Source of the DNA: Hormiphora californensis
Lineage: Eukaryota > Animalia > Ctenophora
NCBI GenBank assembly: GCA_020137815.1
Contig: CM035353.1
Location: 6,076,001-6,140,000 of the forward strand
Length of the DNA stretch: 64,000 bases
Reading direction: 5' to 3'
The notes under the pieces are model-generated. The model searched no databases. It saw only the letters and a program-made list of their open reading frames with translations, and was not told the DNA's origin. Made by a program: the position numbers and the translations under genes. The number at the start of each line of letters is the position of its first letter. Position 1 is the stretch's first letter. Of this stretch, positions 37,146 through 47,912 are shown in pieces.

Positions 37146-37691
37146 AACAAGAATAAATGCATTATGTTTCATAATGCTATGTTTCCCCGCCAACGTTTCA
37201 ATTTCATTTCTAACACGAAGGCGGGACAGACATTTCGGATCATTTATACATCACGCAAACAGTATAGAACAAATCTTTGAGTTTTAGTAGCACTAAATTG
37301 CGCGCCATATTGCGGAATTGCGTGCCACACATTTCCTGAAAACGTGTCAATGAAGTGGTTTATGAAGGAGCAAGTTGTTGTTGTTCTATCCTGATCTAAT
37401 AGATATGAATCTAGTACCTTTATTCCTTTTATAAATCACGTTATTAGTATAACCTATTTCTATATATTTTGCGAGATGTTGTATAACATGACATTATAAA
37501 TTTGTTCTATCTTTTCCTGGGTTGTGTGCGCGGCTCTAGTTGCTACATGTTTCCCCTTGCAACCTGAAACGGGATAAGAGAGCTGACTTGCTACACATAG
37601 TCACTATATCCGTTTAGATTTCTAAACCCCTATGCCTTTTTTGCAAAAGGCATCCGGGTGAAGGCCTTCGGCCTTCACCCGGGCGGGGAAA
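37146..37691 (-). mobile_element. Helentron-associated (HINE/DINE-1-like) element, copy 3 (divergent subfamily)
   Basis: AACAAG end, hairpin, sub-TIR TTTCCCCGCC, then hairpins and GGCGGGGAAA. Confidence 0.75.
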
Positions 37692-38221
37692 TAAAAATGT
37701 TCAAATCGTATTGATTTTATCTATCAACAAAATATAATGAACAGTATCGCCGGTGTATTATCCATAATCGACCTGCAGAATATGATAACTGTTAACCTCA
37801 ATAATATTTGAATTGGAAAAATAAAATTTTTGGCAAGCTGAATGCTCACAATTAAATTTCTTGTCTAAGCAGGATAAAAATAAGCAGGCTGCAGGGGTAA
37901 TTCTCTACAGTAATCTGATTTTTGCAGTACTTCGAAACTGCTATACTGCATTGTGTTTTGCTGAAAGTATGCTTGACCCCAAAAGATAGCAATGTTTTGG
38001 TCAAATAAAACAAGAGCATATATATGTATATATATATATAAGAGACATCGGACAAGAGCCATATAATGTCTCGACACCAACGCATCCAAACAACCAAAGC
38101 ACCCACCAACGCATGAACGGCCCACAGCTCAACCCACCCACATATAATACGTGAGATGAGTGCGGTAGAGGTTTTAAGGATAGAAAAACCTTAGAAACAC
38201 GCCTACACAGTACACGCACAG

Positions 38222-39450
38222 GAGATAGTGGACAGGCCTGGTACTCATGACCCATTCAACTACCCTGTCCCCACTTTCATCTCCATAAACAAATAGAGTA
38301 TCGCGGGGTATGGGGCATTTTCCATTGAATCTATTCCAGCGGGCACCAGCCTTGGTAGGTTTAGATAACAAATTATGTTTTCCACCAGTTTCTCCTCATA
38401 AACTTTTATCTGAGAGTTACCTCTAGTTTTCGAAACAGGGACATACAACTCATACAAGGGAGTAAAAATCCCGGTGAAAGAGTATAAAAGAAGAGAGAGG
38501 GAAGGGGAAGAGTCCGGGTACTGCTGGAAAATTAACACAGAGTATGGCAGCCATTACATCGACGGGGAAGACCCAACCAAATCAAACTGGTTGAGGTTCG
38601 TGAATTGCTCACGAACAAGAAATGAGGAAAACGTCGAAATCCGGATTCGGCATGGTGACACTTACGGGGAGGGGGATTAAAATTGGATGGTTGTTAGGTA
38701 CTGTACATCAACATGAAATAAAAAATACCAAAGATAGAACTTTAATTTTAGGGGAGCAGGAGTACTACACGTCAAAGGGGGTCATGGAGGGGCAAGAGCT
38801 CCTTTGCTACTACGGTGACGAGTACTTTGAGGACCTTGGCTATCATAAAAGCCTTCAAATGGATGTGTCATGTAAGATTATTTGGTAAAGAATCCGTCGC
38901 TTCATATCACATTTCATTGAAAGTTCTATAGAACTTTGAATGAAATGTGATATGAATGTGATATGAATGTGATATGAAGAACTATAGTTCTAAACGTTCA
39001 CCCTCACCCTTAGATCGGAACCGTAATGAGCCGGTGGAGGTGAAGGAAGCCCCAGGCGGGGGGTTTTACCTGTCCCATGTGTCCGTTTGAGAGGCGATGG
39101 CGGAGCATTGTGCTACGCCACGTGCAAGCTGTACACATGAAACGAGCTCTTTTCTCGTGTACTGCTTGCACGTATGAGACATCATACAAGAGCCATATGT
39201 CTCGACACCAACTTACCCACACAGCCAAAGCACCCACCAGCACAGGAACGGCCACAGCTCCACCCACCAACGTATGTGCGATGAGTGCGGTAGAGGTTTC
39301 AAGGATAGAAAAACCTTAAAAGCACACCAGTACACGCACAGGCCACCCACAATTCCCTACCCTGTGTGCGGGTGGCTATTCCGCCTGAAGCAAACTTTGA
39401 CCAGACACAAAATCAAAGCATGCCGAATGGTTCAAAGAGTTGGGTCATGA
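38222..39450 (+). pseudogene. PRDM9/7-like PR-SET domain plus 4 C2H2 fingers, copy A (4 exons; nonsense codon and frameshifts)
   Basis: SIAGYGAFS..IPAGTSLG|TYNSYKG..YIDGEDPTKSNWLRFVNCSRTRNEEN|EYYTS..GQELLCYYGDEY| followed by fingers. TAG at 38294-38296. Confidence 0.8.
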
Positions 39451-41109
39451 TGGGATATTGAAGTTAGAAACATCAAAGTCGACTTAAGTCCAAATACAAA
39501 ACCAACACCGATATTCAGAAACACGGAGCGGTCGACCAGGTTAATATATTAATAAATTACATAATAATAAACTAAAGATTGAATTTATAAACTAACTAGA
39601 TGATAATCATAGTAATAATAGTGTATCACATAGCCACAGATGATAATTCTGTGGGGCTACAGAAACTATATGTTCCTGGTATACGGACCCGTAGGGTATG
39701 TGGGGAGCGTCACATAATGCGACGGAGGGGAAATATGTATCGAATTTACGTCTAGAATTGGTGACTACGACACATATTTTCTGGAAGGAAAAAGGAGACA
39801 ACGGAATATGAGAAGGTCTGGGATTCTTTAGAAAATGTTCTCTGTAAAGTTAACCTCCAGCCACCTCCTCCACGAAAACCAGGATTTGCTATTGATTTGA
39901 AGAGGAAGATCGACAAAAGTGGATCGTATGCAGTCCATTGGTATTTGGTGTTCATCAAGACATCCAAGATGAAATTTAACCAAATATTTGTAGCAAGTCA
40001 AAGATGTGCACAACTAGATAAACGGTGCCAGAAATTCCATGATGAATATAGGTAGAAGAGAAGAAAAACCTCAGCAGGTCTGCGCCGTGAGCTAATCGTG
40101 GCGGAGGCGGAAAGAAACAAATGCTCTGTACAGGAATACATCTCCATCAGCCAGCTGTTTTACATAGAAGAGCGAGAACAGGCTGGGGCAGTACAAAAAG
40201 TATTAGCCTCGCCTAAACCCAATGAATACACCCGGCCAGATAGGCCACGCCCATTTCCAGGCCATTACCAAAGTTCCTGCATGTATTCCTGAGTTAAGGA
40301 TTCAACCGAACCGTTACCCTACATTTCGGTAGCAATTTCCGACGTTTTGGTGCGGATATCAAAATCTTCCACCTAAAACTTCATTGCAGATATATCTTTT
40401 CTCGAACTGCCACCTTTCTTGAGACTTAAAATTATCTGTACGCCCTTGGTGTTTATCAAGACCCCAAACATAAAATTCCATCAAGCAATTTTAAAACCAG
40501 TCAGCACTGCTGCCCGCACTGCTGCCCGTACTGCTGCCCGCACTGATGCCTGCACTGTATGATTGTTGGAAAGAGGGTTCAGATGACAGACGGTAAGACT
40601 AAAAGAACGTCAGTGTACATATTCTGGGTTAATATATTAAAAAAAAGGTAATATTTGATTTGGACTCATCTTGAAAGCCAGGGATATATTATATTGAAGA
40701 GAAATAACACATTTTCAACTATTATAGTTGGAGTGGTACTGTAACGGACAAAGGATGTTCACGAAGGTTGTCATTCATTCCATCGCTGTCGATGCACCAA
40801 TGAAATCAGACATTCTGGGAATTATTGGACATTCTGGGTATACCTCTTGTCCTATGTGTGTAATCACAGGAGAGCACTGGAGAGTAATTAACTAATTAGA
40901 TAGTTATATAATAAGATTATTATAAAACTATAATTTATTGATCAATTGAGACATGCTAAAGTACCACCCCCTTCACTTCGAACGCCAGGATTTACATTTG
41001 AAGAGGAAGATCGAAAAAAATGGATCGTGTGCAGTCCATTGGTGTTCATCAAGACATCCAAGATGAAGTTTAACCAGGTCATGTAGAAACTAGCTGTCCG
41101 ACATTTGGT

Positions 41110-44100
41110 TAGACCCCAACCCCGGGGTTTAAGGAATTTCCCCCCCCCATGGCAAAAAAAACCCAATTTTTTCCCGGTTGAAAACCAATCGGTACCCGGG
41201 CTAAAACTGCATAAAAAAAAAATCAACTGTTTCCGTGGGGTTCGTCCCCGGCCCCTGTGGGTTGTAATTTAGGCTTCAAAAAAGATGCTAAATTTCCCTT
41301 TCCCCGGGCCGATACCCTTTCAAGGGTGTCATCGGAATCTTCTCCCGGGAAATTGGTCCTACAGGGGCCCTAAACCTTTAGGATTAAAGGGACGCCCTTG
41401 GGGCCCAAAACGCCCCCATCGCACACGCACGGAAAACCCCAAAGGTAGGCGGGGGGGGAAGGGACGAGTGCGGTATACCCCTTGGTTTGTCCCCATGTGT
41501 GAATCACAGGAAAAAAAGACTAAAGCCTTAAAGAGCACTGGAATTTAACTAAAAGAGTTAAATAAATTTTTATAAACTAAATTTATTTACAATTGAGACT
41601 GCTTTAAAAAAACCACCCCCCCTTTCCCTTTGAAAGCCAGGATTACATTTGAAGAGGAAAATCGAAAAAAGGGGTCTGGCGTCCCGGGTTCTCAAGACCC
41701 AAATGAAGTTTAACCCGGGCGAGAAACTACGTCCCCACATTTGGGTTTTTTTACCCCCAAACCGGGCATTTAAAGGGAAACACCCCGATACAAGAAAAGT
41801 ACCACCTTTTTGCGGGCCCATTCTTTTCCCAGGATTGCGACAAAAAAGCTGTAAAAAAAATCAAAAGTTCCGGTGGGTTTTTTCCACAGCACTGTGAATT
41901 TTTTAAAAAAGGTGATGGGGCTTGGGGGGGGCCGGGTGAAGTTTTTTTAAGTTTGGAAAATTTTCCACCCCTTTTTGAGTTTTTTAATTTTTTAAATTTT
42001 ACTTTAAAAAATTCAAAAATTTAAAAAATCTAAATATTTATATGCTTCAATGCTATTATTACACTTGTTTAGGTTAGTTTTCTGCTTAAAACATTTGTGG
42101 CAAAGTTATCCATCCTTTTCTGGCCTTTTTTTCACCACAAAATTTGGATTTTACAATGATTCCTCCATGAAATCCGCACATTTGGGGTCAAAAAATTTTT
42201 TTTTTTTGGAAAAAAAAGATTTCATTTCATTTATAACTCAAAAAACCCAGAAAATGCTTAGAAAGGTTTTAAAAAATTTTAAATAGTTTTAAAAAATTTT
42301 GGGCCACCCTGACCCGAATTTTACCATTTCGAAATTTTTTTTTTGAAAAGGGTATGGAAAAAAAATGGACATAAAAACACAGGGCCTCGTAAAAGGGGTA
42401 CGTGCAAAATGAAATCTCTAATCTATTTCGGGAATAAAGGGGTATTTAATTTTTGTGTATGCGCATGATGTTTTTTGGCTATACCGTTTTTAAAAGTTTA
42501 TGAAAGTCTAAGGATTTTTAAAGGGTGTTCGTTTGGAATATGCAAGTTTTTTTAAATTATAAACAACTAGGGGGCCTTTTTTCCAACGGTTTTGGGGATA
42601 TGATTTTTGAAGTTTTTTTTAAATTTTCCACCCCGGTTTTTTTTTGAAGTTTTTTAAATTATTTAAAAAAATTTAGCCGCCCCCCCAGGGGCTTAAAGTG
42701 TGCTAAATTCCATTAAAAACGGATTGATAGGGAGTCATCGGAATCTTCTCCCCGGGAAATTTGGGTCCAAACCCTGCTATTTTTCAGAGATCGAAACAGC
42801 CTACAAGTTCAAAAATGAAATGGACAATAAAGTTTTCACACGAAAACAAATCGGGGACCGGATTTGGCATGTACGGTGCCCAAAAAAACCCTAGGAAATT
42901 TAAAAATTCAACCGAACCCTTTTTCCACTTTTGGAATATTTTTTCTAAGTTTATCTCAAAAAAGACCGATATTTGGTGGCGATGAGTTAAAAGGAAAACC
43001 CCAAAAACCCCCTGAAAATCAAAAACCCCAAGCGAAAACCCTATAAAATACAGCGGCCCGTTTACCCGGGAAACCCAGATTTACCGAGGAAAAAAATTCC
43101 CCCGATATAGGGAAAATAACGGTTTTTACCCCCCCAATTTCTCATTTCCCCTACGGGGTTAGACGGGGTCGCCCGCCGTCTAAAGGGTTGACGGATACCC
43201 GCTGGGCGGGTTTTGATGAAATCTCTAAAAAACGGTCCGAAATTGCTTGGAACGGGGTTTTAAAGGTTCAAGGTCTCTAGAAAAGGGTTAAGACGGTATA
43301 GACGGGTTTGCGCGGGTATCAACGGTCCCCCTGGAGGGGTTTAACGGCACGCTGAAAAAATTTACCAGACGTTGAGCGGGGGTTTTAGAACTCCTCTGAT
43401 TTTAAGGAGTTTTTTAAAAAACTTTAAACGATCTAAAGGAAAATCGATGAAAGTACCTCTGACAAAGTCTCAACTGAAACCGGTCAACTACCCTCATACA
43501 AAATCTAAAAAGAATCTCGCCCCATTTAGTTTTAAAACCCCTTAGACATTCTCCACCCAATTTTATACGAATACCGTCTAAAAACGTTAAAAAACCTTAA
43601 CGAACCGATACAGATACCCTTTCAACGTCTAATACCGACCTATCTATCCCCCTGATATATCACCAAGAAGTATCTCACAGTTTTTTATTTTCAACGAAAA
43701 AGCTGGAGTGAGTGAATGTGGAGATACCAAAAAAGTTTTAACCCGGCAAAAACCCCTTTCCCGTCCCCCAGCATCGCGGTACGATGTGGGCCTGGTTAAC
43801 ACATGTGTACATAAAATTTTTTCAATAGGCACACCCTTTCCACTAATTCCAACTGGCATGGGGTAATCAGAAGGGCTTCGAAACGGTCGGTCGAAACGTT
43901 ATTTTAGACGTTTCTAGACGTTGTTAGACCATTCGTATCGAAATTGCTGGGAAGTTTCTAGACGGTATTCGAAAAGAATCGCGAGATTCGTTTAGACGTT
44001 TTTAGACGGTAGTTGACCCGGTTTTTAGTTGAGACGTTGTTTAGACGGGACTTTCATCGATTTTTTTCCTTAGCTGCGTTTAAAACATTTTAAAACTCCC

Positions 44101-46330
44101 TCTGAAAAAACGGAGTTTAAAAGTCCCTCTCAACGTTGGGACAATTTTTAGCGGCCCTCTCAACTTCGGGCGGAAAACCGTCCCAGGACCGTCCGACACC
44201 TCTTAACCGTCTAAGCAAATTTCGGTACCGTTTTTAGTGATTTATCGAAACCTGTCCAGCGGTATACCGTCTAACACCGTCTAGACGGCGTGGGACGCCG
44301 TCTAGCGCCCTATGCGGCAAATAAAATTGCTTTTACCCCAAAAATACCCGGGGACCCCGATTTACCCGGGGAAAAAACCCTTTCCCCGAGCATCCCGGTA
44401 AATCGGGGGCCCACTGAGTCGCTAAAAAATTTTTTTTTTTTTTGTAAAAAGCGAAACAAATCCAAAAGGGGGGAGGTCAATGAATAATGCTTTCGTTTGT
44501 CGACCCCCCGTGGGAGAACTTTATGCTGTGACGATCCCTTTTTGAAGGGACTTGTCATCAAAAAGGAAGAAATCCCGAGATTTCCTCCTTATAAATCCAG
44601 AAGGGGGGTTTGAAATTAAAAAATACTTTATGAAGTTTCCCCCATAAAGGGAATGAGGAGGAACCCGGGTTTGAGGAATAAAAAAACCCCGTTCCCCCGG
44701 GTGCCCCCCAGGCTATGTAAGACTGGGTGCTCGACTTTGAAATGGGCCCCCCAACATGACATAAATGGGACCACCCTCGACGGTAGGAATGCATCACCTT
44801 CGGCGGATCCATCCCTTTCCCCTTGCGTAGTGCAGAGACCAGAGTTCGTGCCGGGATAAGAAAAATTTGGTACGTGGGGAAGGAAGATATCCATGAACCA
44901 CGGGACCTAAAAAAGGCGCAAGGGGGAAAAAAGAAGTGCCGGGATGGGTTTTTTCGATAAAAAGGGTGAAAACCTCATCCAAGCACGGCCCCCGGTCGCT
45001 TGAAGCCGTGTGTTATTAGAGGACTTGAAAAACACATTTTACAGCGAGGAAAGGGAAGAAAAATAAATTTTAGAGAATCTGAGTTAACTTATTTAAAAGG
45101 GGGGGGGGGACTGTTTTTTGTTAAAAATCAACCCCTTTTTTTTTCGATTTTTTTTATTAAAAGAATTAAACAAAATTACAATGAAAAGACTGTTCTTTTT
45201 GGTTATAATACGACTTTAACTGGTTAATTTGATAGTTTTTTGAAATTTTTCAAACAAATACCCAACAAAGGCCTTTTCCAAACCAAAAACGCATACGGTT
45301 TTTTGGCTCAAAATCGATAAAATTCCAAAAGTTTCAAATATTTCAATTTGCGTATAAATCTCATTTAACGTAATTTTTTTAATGGTAATCGATTTTTGGA
45401 CGTAAAAAGATGATTACAACGTTTCTGTTTTAAAAAAAAATAAAAATTTTTCCCAAAAACAATTTTTTTGGTCAAGGATTGAAATTTTGCTTTGCTACAA
45501 ATCCTTTTGTTTTTTTATAAAAAAATTTTATTTTTGGGATATTTTTTTTTTTAAGGAAAAAATCATGAGTCTTATTTAGTTTTTTAAATTGCGAAAATTG
45601 GTTATGTATTTGATTTTAAATTTCGGTTTAGTTTTGGTATATTTATAACTTTTCAAAATGGAAAAAATCGTGTAGAAAGGCCGAATAAGGGAGTAGGGTA
45701 TGTAAATCGACTAAAGACAAAATTTTCTCGCAAAACAATGTTAAAAACTAAAAAAACGTGCTAAAGGGGATTTTAAAGACATAAATGGCATTTGTTCGTT
45801 TGTTAAATTTTGTTAATTTTTTAAAAATCCCTTTTTTTCGTGTTTAAAATTTAAAAAAGTTAAAAAATAACAGTCCCCCCCCCATTTAAAAAAAAAAATA
45901 ATGATTTAAATTTTCTTTTAAAAGTTCCATTTGAACGGAAAAAAAGGGTAAAAGTAAAACGGCCCCTTTCCCTAACTTACAAGAACTCATCGCGCCCGGG
46001 GGTTTTGACGTCCCCAAACGGGGGTGCAAGGAAAAAACTATGATCGGTGACTGTAAATTACAGGTAAAATTTAATTTTTACCCTCTTTGTCTTACAAAAA
46101 TAACCTCCATCGGGCTCCAGGGAGCTGGGTTTGGGTGACAATAAAGCTCACTGTCATTTGTCACTCACTATTCAGATATGGTGAAACCCGGGCGAGGGGG
46201 GGGGGGGGGAAAAACTGGGGGGGGGGGGGGGAGGGTCGTTCGGTAGGGAGGGACCTGGGCCTGACCCCCTCCAGTTGATTATGGGGCTATATTTAAAAAG
46301 GGGCGTCGAAATTGAAATTATAAAATTTGA
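41110..46330. other. Low-quality, homopolymer-degraded consensus, partly a corrupted paralog of ~48.4-51.1 kb
   Basis: 44440-45095 aligns by eye to 50080-50625, and 45925-46290 to 50685-51065, with many single-base losses. Confidence 0.85.
43050..44415. mobile_element. Degraded CAGTCGGACCCCG-family MITE interrupted by a ~1.15-kb foldback element (~43150-44310)
   Basis: Halves of the 62194 MITE family flank arms rich in TAGACGG/CCGTCTA. Confidence 0.55.
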
Positions 46331-46739
46331 TATTGATGAAACTAAAATTTGTGAAAATGCTCACAATTAAATTTCTTGTCTAAGCAGGATAAAAATAAGC
46401 AGGCTGCAGGGGTAATTCTCTACAGTAATCTGATTATTGCAGTACTTCGAAACTGCTATACTGCATTGTGTTTTGCTGAAAGTATGCTTGACCCCAAAAG
46501 ATAGCAATGTGCAATGTTTTGGTCAAATAAAACAAGAGCATAATTGTGTATATACGGTATATATGAGAGACATCGGACAAGAGCCATATAATGTCTCGAC
46601 ACCAACGCATCCAAACAACCAAAGCACCCACCAACGCAGGAACGGCCCACAGCTCAACCCATCCACATATAATACGTGAGATTAGTGCGGTAGATGTTTT
46701 AAGGATAGAAAAACCTTAGAAACACGCCTACACGCACAG

Positions 46740-47912
46740 GAGATAGTGGACAGGCCTGGGACTCATGACCCATTCAACTACCCTGTCCTCACTTTCATCT
46801 CCATAAACAAATCGAGTATCGCGGGGTATGGGGTATGGGGCATTTTCCACTGAATCTATTCCAGCGGGCACCAGCCTTGGTAGGTTTAGATAATAAATTA
46901 TGTTTTCCACCATTTTCTTCTCATAAACTTTTATCTGAGAGTTAGCTCTAGTTTTCGAAACAGTGACATACACGGGAGTAAAAATCCCGGTGAAAGAGTA
47001 TAAAAGAGAGAGGGAAGGGGAAGAGTCCGGTTACTGCTTGAAAATTAACACAGAGTATGGCAGCCATTGCATCGACGGGGAAGACCCAACCAAATCAAAC
47101 TGGTTGAGGTTCGTGAATTGCTCACGAACAAGAAATGAGGAAAACGTCGAAATCCGGATTCGGCATGGTGAGTGACACTTACGGGGAGGGGGATTAAAAT
47201 TGGATGGTTGTTAGTTACTGCAGTAAGTGTACATCAGCATGAAATAAAAAATACCAAAGAGAACTTTAATTTTAGGGGAGCTGGAGTACTACACGTCAAA
47301 GGGGGTCATGGAGGGGCAAGAGCTCCTTTGCTACTACGGTGACGAGTACTTTGAGGACCTTGGCTATCATAAAAGCCTTCAAATGGATGTGTCATGTAAG
47401 ATTATTTGGTAAAGAATCCGTCACTTCATATCACATTTCATTCAAAGTTCTAGTTCTAAACGTTCACCCTCACCCTTAGATCGGAACCGTAATGAGCCGG
47501 TGGAGGTGACTAGGAAGCCCCAGGCGGGGGTTTTACCTGTCCCATGTGTCCGTTTGAGAGGCGATGGCGGAGCATTGTGCTACGCCACGTGCAAGCTGTA
47601 CACATGAAACGAGCTCTTTTCTCGTGTACTGCTTGCACGTATGAGACATCATATAAGAGCCATATGTCTCGACATCAACTTACCCACCAAACCAAAGCAC
47701 CCACCAGCACAGGAACGGCCCACAGCTCCACCCACCAACGTATGTGCGATGAGTGTGGTAGAGGTTTCAAGGATAGAAAAACCTTAAAAACACACCAGCA
47801 CAGGCCACCCACAATTCCCTACCCTGTGTGCGGGTGGCTATTCCGCCTGAAGCAAACTTTGACCAGACACAAAATCAAAGCATGCCGAATGGTTCAAAGA
47901 GTTGGGTCATGA
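46740..47912 (+). pseudogene. PRDM9/7-like PR-SET plus C2H2 gene, copy B
   Basis: Same exons as copy A. The copy-A stop is TCG here, but there is a 7-bp duplication in exon 1 and a 2-bp insertion in exon 4. The finger ORF 47544-47912 is open. Confidence 0.8.
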
